A stretch of 22,335 bases of DNA. Origin: an uncultured cyanobacterium (lineage in GTDB: Bacteria > Cyanobacteriota > Cyanobacteriia > Cyanobacteriales > Microcystaceae). Position numbers and translations under genes: made by a program. Location of the stretch: assembly GCA_963807635.1 (NCBI GenBank), contig CAWEDJ010000085.1, forward strand, positions 1 to 22,335. The letters are read 5' to 3'. Within the stretch, counting starts at the first letter, position 1, and the number at the start of each line of letters is the position of its first letter. The notes under the pieces are model-generated. The model did not search any database and was not told the DNA's origin. It saw only the letters and a list, made by a program, of their open reading frames with translations. This document shows, one piece after another, positions 10,315 through 18,307 of the stretch.

Positions 10315-11418
10315 CTAGATTTCTACCATAAAAATTGCCCCCTGGGGATAATTATCCGCGATCGCTAAAGTTCCCCCTTGAGCCTCGATCGCAATTTTAC
10401 AAAAAGCCAACCCTAACCCTGTCTGAGACGTATTTTTCTTTAAACTTCCAATTTCAAATTTCTCAAAAATCTTGTCTTTTTCAGCTTGACGGATACCTTT
10501 CCCCGTATCAGCAACCTGAAATCTAAAATGATTTTCCGATAAATATTGCAGACTGAGAGTGACTTGACTGCCTTGGGGAGAAAATTTCAGTGCGTTAGAT
10601 AACAAATTGTCAATCACTCGTCGCAAAATCGTTGCATCAGTCAAAACAGTCCTATTGGGTTCAGGTAACTCAGTAATTAATTGTATTTGACGAGAATTCG
10701 CGACTAGCTCAAAATCTTTGATCACCCCAACCCCTAGCTCGTATAAATCCGTTGGGGTAGCATTAAACAAAATTTTGCCTGATTCCAGTTTTGCCATCAA
10801 CAACAAACCATCAATCATTTCTTCGAGTTTATGACCTGACTCAAGAATTTGAGCGATTTTTTGCAGAATCAAGGGTTTTTGATCAAGCCGATCCATATAT
10901 CGTTGGACAATTCCTGCGGCCAAGATAATCGTCGCGAGGGGATTGCGGAGGTCATGGACAATCATATTAGACAGATCCTCCCGCAACGCTAGGGCTTCTT
11001 CCCGCAATTTGAGTAATTTTTTGAGTTCATCGTGTTCTGATTTGGTGCGGAGATGGGCGCGGACTCTGGAACGTAATTCGAGGGAATTGATCGGTTTAGT
11101 CACAAAATCGCTGGCTCCCTGGTCTAGGGCATAGGCGAGGTCTTCCTTGGTATCCAGGGCGGTTACCATGATGACGGGAATACTTTTATAGAGATCGTGA
11201 CTTTTGAGGCGTTGACAAACTTGGGTTCCGTCCATTTCTGGCATCATAATATCGAGCAAAATAACATCAGGCTCGACGGTTTCTAAAAGGGAGAACGCTT
11301 TCATGCCACTAGAAGCATAATACAGTTGATAATCTTCATTGCTGAGAAAGGCTTCTATGATCTCAAAATTATCGACTTGATCATCAATGACCAGGATTTG
11401 TTTTTGCTCACCTATCAT
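10315..11418 (-). CDS. hybrid response regulator/histidine kinase (REC-HisKA-HATPase), copy B
   Basis: Same motifs and same length (367 aa) as 4914-6017; starts 3 bp after the stop of the upstream giant kinase. Confidence 0.92.
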   Translation of the reverse strand: MIGEQKQILVIDDQVDNFEIIEAFLSNEDYQLYYASSGMKAFSLLETVEPDVILLDIMMPEMDGTQVCQRLKSHDLYKSIPVIMVTALDTKEDLAYALDQGASDFVTKPINSLELRSRVRAHLRTKSEHDELKKLLKLREEALALREDLSNMIVHDLRNPLATIILAAGIVQRYMDRLDQKPLILQKIAQILESGHKLEEMIDGLLLMAKLESGKILFNATPTDLYELGVGVIKDFELVANSRQIQLITELPEPNRTVLTDATILRRVIDNLLSNALKFSPQGSQVTLSLQYLSENHFRFQVADTGKGIRQAEKDKIFEKFEIGSLKKNTSQTGLGLAFCKIAIEAQGGTLAIADNYPQGAIFMVEI

Positions 11419-13512
11419 CCTTTAATCCTCATGTCTTTGACAAAATTTTTGAATAGTGTCCATTAATATTTTGAAGCGGACGGGCTTTGCTAAATAGTCA
11501 TTAAATCCTGCGTCAAAACACTGATCTGCTTGTTCGGGAAAAGCAAGGGCAGTTAGGGCAATAATGGGAGTATCGGCGATCGCTGGGTCAGAGCGAATTA
11601 GGGTCGTTGCTTCTAGTCCATCCATTTCGGGCATTTGAATATCCATTAAAACTAAGTCTGGCCGATGGGTCTTCACTATTTCAAGTGCCTCTCTTCCATT
11701 ATAGGCTAATAACATCCGATAACCTTTATTACTCAAATAATCATCCAGGGTTTGTCTATTGGCTTCATTATCGTCGGCCAGAAGAATCAAGGGAGAAACT
11801 AATAACGGAGCATTTGTTTGATTCACTGAAACAGCAGTCGTTTCCACCTTTGCGGGAATAATTTTTCTGGGCGATGGCACATAGGGAAGATGAACGGTAA
11901 AACAGCTACCTTCTCCCACCCGACTGGTCACTGAAACCCTACCGCCATGTTTGGTGATAATGCGCTCTACGAGGACTAGACCCAAGCCCGTGCCAGCATA
12001 TTGGCGATTGAAACTGCTATCAATTTGAATAAAGGGTTGAAAAAGCTTATCGAGATCGGTTGGACTAATGCCAATGCCCGTATCTGTCACTGAAAATAAA
12101 ATCTCTTGCTCCTCTAATACAACGGACAAAATGACGTTTCCTCCAGCAGGAGTAAATTTAATGGCATTGCTTAATAGATTGATCAGAGATCGACGGATGC
12201 GAAATTCATCAACCTGAATTTGCTCAATATTTTTGGCGATCTGGGTTTGGAGATTAATATTTTTGTTGAAGGCCATTTGTTTGACAAACATCGTGCTATT
12301 TTCGCACAGTGTTTGAACCGAAATTGAGCTTAATTCGAGTTCTAATTTTCCTGCTTCAATTTTCGATAAATCGAGAATATCGTTGATGAGGGAGAGTAAA
12401 TGATCACCACTTTTTTCGATTAGCTGAATGGCTTTTTCCTGGCTGGGGTTAATATCGCCAAAGATGTTTTCTTGGAGTGCTTCGGACATTCCTAAGATGG
12501 CGGTGAGGGGTGTCCGCAGTTCGTGGCTCATGTTGGCCAAAAATTCATCTTTGAGGCGGGTGGCACGGGCCAGATCTGTATTGCTCTGAATTAATTTCTG
12601 TTTCTCTTTTTGCAATTGCTCAAATAAATCCGCCTGTTGAATGGCGATCGCCAGTTGACCCGCAATTTGTTGGATCAAATCAATTTCATCAGGTTGCCAA
12701 ATTCGGGGAGCCGCACAGGTATGGATACAGAGTAAACCCCATAAATTTGCCCCAAGCAGTAGGGGAATGACTAAATTTGCACGAATTTCAAACTGACTCA
12801 GAATCGCTTTATGACAATCTTGTAAATCACTCTGGAGAACATCATTAACCGATTGAAAATGCCCCTTGGTGTAGCGTTCGGAATAGTTTTCTCCAAAGCA
12901 GTGGTCATGAATCTGAATGGCTAACACCGAAGACAAACCCTCTTTCACGGACTCGGCAACAAATTCTCCATCATCAAAGCCAGAGTCGGCATAAAACTTA
13001 AAGATACCAACGCGATCGCTGTGGATAAATTGACGGATTTCCTGGCAAGCTGTGTCAAAAATGGTCTGAAGATCGAGGGTTTCCCTCATGTGTTGGGTGA
13101 TTTGCCGTAGGAGGGTTTCTTTCTGGATTTGCTGACGGATAGTTTGTTCCGCTTGTTTTTGTTCCGTAATATCAAAATTAACGCCGATTATGCGCTGGGG
13201 AATCCCCTGGGAATCTCGCACCAGCACCCCATAGCCCTTTAAAAAATGGATGCTACTGTCGGGGTGAATCACTCGGTATTCCGTATCATATTCGGTTTTT
13301 CCTGCTATGGTTTCCTGAAGTAAGGTTAGGGTCGCTGGTCGGTCATCGGGATGGAGACTATTAGCCCAGGTGTCAAACAGCACCGTCGTTCCCAGGGGGA
13401 TGCCATACAATTCATACATCCGCTCATCCCAAGTAGCGGCTTCGTTCACTATCTCCCATTCCCAACAGCCGATCGCTCCTGAATTGAGTGCGATTTTCAG
13501 GCGATCGGTGAG
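10315..13512. repeat. copy B of the ~3.2-kb diverged direct duplication
   Basis: Colinear with 4914-8134; close similarity ends just after GCGATCGGTGAG in both copies. Confidence 0.92.
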
Positions 13513-16500
13513 ATGGAGTAATTGTTGTTCAGCTTGTTTGCGAATGGTAATATCTTCAATAATTCCTTCAATCGCCAAAAATTCCCCTGCCTCATTTCTA
13601 ACAGGATGTTCGGAAACTTGAAGGGTGCGAATACTTCGATCAGGATGAATAAAACGCATCTCACTTTGACAAAAATCCTGCTCACCTTGGAACATAGACA
13701 TCAACCTTATTTCCGCCTTTGAAAGTTCTTCGGGTAGCCAATTGACGACATCAGCCCAGTGTTTACCTAAGACATCTTCTTTGAAAAATCCAAAAATCGG
13801 ATAAATTCCATCGCTGACATAATTGACAATCCCATCCAGGCCGCCATGACTAAAGACAACAAATTTTTCGCCCATCTCATCTACTAATCGTTGAAATTTA
13901 TCCCGACTTTCTTCTAGACTTTTCTCCATTTCCTTGCGATCGCTAATATCTTGCACACTAGACCAAATGAGACTTTCTCCCTTTTGTTCAATCAGTAATC
14001 CTGATAACGAAACTGCTACGAGATGACCATCTTTGTGGATGTATTCCTTTTCGTAGGGGCCATAACTGCCTGTTTCCTGTAGCTGTCGGAGTTGTTCCCT
14101 TTCCTGCTCTTGATATTTAAGGGGTGTAATATCCCAATAGGTTAAATTGAGAGTTTCTTCAACCGTTCGTCCTAAGATTTGGGCAAAATGGGGATTGATA
14201 TAGACTAATTGTCCGTCCAGGCGGCAACTGGCGAGGCCGATGGGAAATTCTGTAATTAACTGACGATTAAATTCCTCACTTTCTCTTAACGCGATTTCAA
14301 CTTGTTTGCGATCGGTAATATCTCGAATAATCACCAATACTTCTTGATCATTAAGGGGGGCAATGCGAACCTCTTCAAAGCGTCGCTCGTCTGGAAAATC
14401 AAGGATTTGTTCAAAAATTTGTAATGTGCCAGTTTGCAGGGCAAGATTAGCGAAATAAAGCTGTTGTTGAGCTAAATGACGGGGTAAAATATTTTCTACT
14501 TTTAGCTTAAGAGAAAAGTCGTCGAAACCGATCACTCGCACATTCTGCCCTGGGATTTACGAATATAATTCCCTTCAGCATCCATGTGAATAATGAGATC
14601 GGGCATGGTTTCCAGGATAGTACGGTTAATTTTTTCGCTCTGCTGGAGATTTAATTCCATTTGTTTGCGATCGCTGATATCCCGAATAATCATCAATACT
14701 TCTTGATCATTAATGGCTAAAATCCGAACTTCTTCATAGGTTATCTGATTATTTTTGAGGACTTGATGTTCATAAACCTGCAATTCCCCTGTAATGAGTG
14801 CTTGTTCAATCGCTTGCAATTGCTTTTCTAACAAATCGGGTGGTAGAAATTCCGAAAGATGGAATGCAATCAGATGAAAATTATCTTGCTGAAACTTGGG
14901 GGAGATATATCTCAAACAAGTTCCATCTCGATACAGGTGCAATAATAAATCAGGAATTGTCTCTAGAATAGTGCGATTAAAAGCTTCACTGACTTGGAGA
15001 GCGTAGGTACGTTCTTCAACCCTGGTTTCTAGTTCTTGGTTGAGTTGCTGAAGTTCTTCATTACTTTGCCGCAATTGTTCTTTTGTTTTTTTAAGTTTGG
15101 TAATATCATGATTGAGGCCAATGACAGCGATATTGTTTTTTTGGGCATCTTGTAACAAAACCGTTGATGTGGTGGTAATTTTTTCGGTTCCATCTTTACA
15201 GGCAACAATAATTTCCCCTGACCAAAAACCCTTTTGCAAGGTCGTTTGAATAATTTCAGTTTGTAACCATTGGGAATCTTTGAGGAGATGAAGCAGACTA
15301 GGACTTTTGCCTAACATTTCAGCCTTAGTGTAACCATATAAACTTTCCGCTCCTCGATTCCAATCAATAATGTTTCCTTCTGTGTCGGTGATAATTACGC
15401 CGTCGGTAATATTTTCAAAAACCAGAGCTTGTTTGCGTAGGAGCAGTTCTGCATTTTTTTTGTCGCTAATATCTGCGATCATGCCGATAACTCCAATTCC
15501 TTCCCCTTGCTCATTCAAAAGCCATCGATTACAGTCCTCTAGCCAAATATAATGACCCGCTTGATGGAGAAAACGATATTGACAAAAGAAGGGGGTTTTG
15601 TTCGTAGTTGCCGTTTCTAATGCTTGTTGAAAAATGCTTAAATCTTCGGGATGAATTAAGGGAAACCACTCAGACAAATGACCAGGTAAATCAGGTTCGG
15701 TATAGCCCAAAATCAAGATTGCATTCGCTCCCCAAATCACCGAATTCGTGAGAAAATTATGCTCATAAATCATTTGTCCACTGGCTTGTTCTGCTAATTC
15801 ATAGCGTTTACGCCATTTTTCTAATTCAATTTCATTCTGCTTACGAATATTTTCGGCTGTAATTCGTGCCTGGGTATTCGCGATCGTTTGACTGAGAATG
15901 GTTAAAACCCGAATGATCTCTTCGTCCCAGGCGATCGCCTGACTAAAGGAGCCGAAACCAAGAATACCAATTGTCGTGCCGTTGCGGGTGAGGGGAATGA
16001 ATAACAAAGATTTGAGATTAAATTGTTGCCAACTGACCACATCCACCGCCGCTTCTGGGGGGAAATTGGCCGTGTCGTTGATACAACAGCATTGTTGCTG
16101 AAGCATTAAAGCGATGGAATAGGGACAAGCCGCAAACGGCATATTTTGGGCGATCGCTATCTGACGAAGACTTCCTGGCTGGCTCCATTCATGACTCATG
16201 CTCAGGGTTTGGCGATCGGGATCAAGGGTAAAAAGATAGCCTGTATCTACCCTGGATCATTTCTGCGATCAATTGCAGACTGCGATCAATCTCAACATCC
16301 AACGTTTCATCATTCACTTCCACAAAACGACTGCTAATTTCGGCAATCAATTGATTCAAATCTTTTTGTTCCTTGAGGGCCGCTAACGCCTGTTCTTTTT
16401 CGATGATTAAACGTTTGGCTTCTGTAATATCCCGTCCTTCGGGAATCAGAGCAATGATTTGATTCGACTCATTGAATATCGGACGTAAAGAAAAATCAAT

Positions 16501-17229
16501 AGAAATAACCCTTTGATTCGCATCCCAAATATCCATTTCATAGCGAATAAATTCTCCTTGGGCCGCACGAAGGACGGATTGCTTCAATTTTTCCTGGGTT
16601 TGACGAGAAATCTTAAACCAATCGGTTTCCCACATCAGACAACCCACGACATCTTGCTTTTGGAGTCCTATGACCGTGAGGGCGGTTTGGTTCGCCTCCA
16701 AGACGATGCCATCGGGAGAAATTAAGCCGATAAACTGGAAGGTATTATCGAAAATTGCTTGGAAGAGATCATCCTTAAATTTCAAAACCGAGTCTTTGAT
16801 TTCTAGTTCTTGCCGCAATTGTGTTAATTTTTCTGAAAATTTCCACTGCTGGAGTGCCGTTTTAACATAATGGCAAAGGGTAGAAGCAGTAATATCGTCC
16901 TTGACCAAATAGTCACTGGCTCCTTGTTTGATCGATTTCACTGCGAGCCGTTCATCCCCCTGGCCAGTCATCAGGAGAAGGGGAATTTTTTTCGTCGAGG
17001 TCGTTTTTTGGATCGCTTGCAATATTTCCAAACCATTCCCATCGGGCAGATCAAAATCGGTTAATACCAAATCAGCAGACTGCGATCTCCATAGTTCCAA
17101 TGCTTCTTCCAGGTTTTCTGCTTCTAGGATCTGATAGTCAAAATCCTGATCGCGCAAGAGATACCGACGGTAAGTTCCGCGATCGCTCTCCGAATCATCC
17201 ACTAACAGAATTTTATAAATGTCCTTCAT
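11422..17229 (-). CDS. giant hybrid cyanobacteriochrome kinase B: REC-PAS-GAF-(PAS)x~7-DXCF GAF-HisKA-HATPase-REC; about 1935 aa, split into 3 ORFs by compensating frameshifts (~16251 and ~14545)
   Basis: ORFs 16222-17229, 14532-16199 and 11422-14541 break in the middle of domains. Removing one G at ~16251 gives EMIQ-VDTGYLFTLDPDRQTLSMSHEW (continuous GAF); adding one base at ~14545 joins YIRKSQG to NVRVIGF. The first and third ORFs share a frame (span 5808 = 1936 codons). Contains HDHCF/DCH GAF, SHELRTPL and a terminal REC. Confidence 0.85.
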
Positions 17230-17351
17230 ATCCCCATTTTCCCAGAGCAGTATCCCTATCCTAATATCAAACTAACGAAAAAAGGTTGGCTGTCGTTAAT
17301 CTTTAAGCAATTTTTTCACAACTCCCGATAGTCGCGACAGTTGCGATCGCA

Positions 17352-17401
17352 GAAGTAGATCTGAAATGAATTCAGCGAAGTAGATCTGGAATGAATTCAG
17401 C
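17352..17401 (+). repeat. tandem direct repeat, 2 x 25 bp
   Basis: GAAGTAGATCTGAAATGAATTCAGC followed by GAAGTAGATCTGGAATGAATTCAGC (24/25 identical), immediately after a HIP1 site at 17343. Confidence 0.85.
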
Positions 17402-17503
17402 GATCGGGTTATTTTAAGATGAATTGAGAATGAATCCCGCGCGATCACCTGATTGTTCTTCTCATTTCGAGATACACTAAAAATTGCTTCTATTTGTCTT
17501 TTT

Positions 17504-17842
17504 ATGTTCATTCCCAATGCGGATAATGCAATTATTGATCTTGGTAAACTACGAGACTACTGCCTGAATCCAGAACACGATAAAGGTAAACACAAAGCTA
17601 AGCTTTTTTCTTCCATTCTTGGGATGAAATCTGAAAATGCCGAAGAATTACGTCAAATTCTGTTTGAAATTATCAAGACTCATGAGGCTCAGTTAGGCAA
17701 GCGGGATGATTACGGACAACGCTATACCCTAGATTTCACTATTGAGTGGCAAAATAGAAAAGCAACTCTTCGGAGTGGCTGGATTATTGAACATAATATC
17801 GGAGTACCGAGATTAACAAGCTGTTATCCTTTAAAACTCTAG
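17504..17842 (+). CDS. DUF6883-like protein (putative toxin-like domain), 112 aa from ATG 17504
   Basis: IPNADNAIIDLGKLRDYCLNPEHDKGKHKAKLF...DDYGQRY...LRSGWII...PRLTSCY resembles the family as I recall it. The ATG at 17504 fits better than the TTG at 17453. Confidence 0.72.
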   Translation: MFIPNADNAIIDLGKLRDYCLNPEHDKGKHKAKLFSSILGMKSENAEELRQILFEIIKTHEAQLGKRDDYGQRYTLDFTIEWQNRKATLRSGWIIEHNIGVPRLTSCYPLKL

Positions 17843-17853
17843 AGGTCATAAAA

Positions 17854-18132
17854 ATGATAAATAATACAACCAAATTACTCGATATTGTTGCTTTAATTGT
17901 TGACCTTCCTGAACATAACTTGCGACGTGGAGAAATTGGAACAGTAGTTGAACTATTAGCGAATGGTGCTGCCTTTGAAGTTGAATTTAGTGATGATGAT
18001 GGACAAACCTATGAATCTATCGGATTGCGTCCAGAACAATTCATTGTCTTAAAAGAATTTAAAAAAAGAGGTAATGTTGCCCAACACTCTCCTAGAAAAG
18101 CTCAAAATATAGCCCATGTAACCAAAAACTAA
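17854..18132 (+). CDS. DUF4926-domain protein
   Basis: LLDIVALIVDLPEHNLRRGEIGTVVELL...AFEVEFSDDDGQTY is the characteristic family pattern; starts 11 bp after the upstream stop, with a GAGG Shine-Dalgarno-like site. Confidence 0.82.
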   Translation: MINNTTKLLDIVALIVDLPEHNLRRGEIGTVVELLANGAAFEVEFSDDDGQTYESIGLRPEQFIVLKEFKKRGNVAQHSPRKAQNIAHVTKN

Positions 18133-18268
18133 GCGATAGACAAGATTTAAGGTAAATATTATCTATAAATCTAATTCGGTAGATCTGGAATTCTATCTTG
18201 ATAAGCAGAATCGCGTTTCAGACAAAATCTCTCAGTGGAACCCTTTGAGTTTAAAAACGGTCAGCCAT

Positions 18269-18277
18269 TGTTAGACT
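18269..18277 (+). promoter_or_regulatory. candidate extended -10 promoter element for smc
   Basis: TG-T-TAGACT lies 30 bp upstream of the smc ATG; motif match only. Confidence 0.3.
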
Positions 18278-18307
18278 AGGGAAATATTTCATCTTTTTTG
18301 GCGGTGC

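Noticed and set aside
4568..17134. Many 60-134 aa plus-strand or nested ORFs overlapping the kinase genes, including the duplicated MRRSWTIILDR ORFs
   Set aside because: They are antisense or alternative-frame shadows of strongly supported genes; the duplication simply mirrors the paralogous sense genes.
14532..17229. ORFs 16222-17229 and 14532-16199 as independent genes
   Set aside because: The breaks fall inside GAF and PAS domains, and single-base corrections give one continuous protein matching the architecture of paralog A.
17352..17401. 25-bp repeat as a mini-CRISPR array
   Set aside because: Only two directly abutting units, with no spacer and no cas genes nearby.
17296..17517. 73-aa minus-strand ORF
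   Set aside because: It runs through the tandem repeat and HIP1, overlaps the start of the DUF6883-like gene and has no recognisable motif.
17404..18300. Absence of HIP1 in the cassette (and in the IS) as proof of foreign origin
   Set aside because: At roughly one HIP1 per 0.9 kb, these stretches are too short for the absence to be significant.
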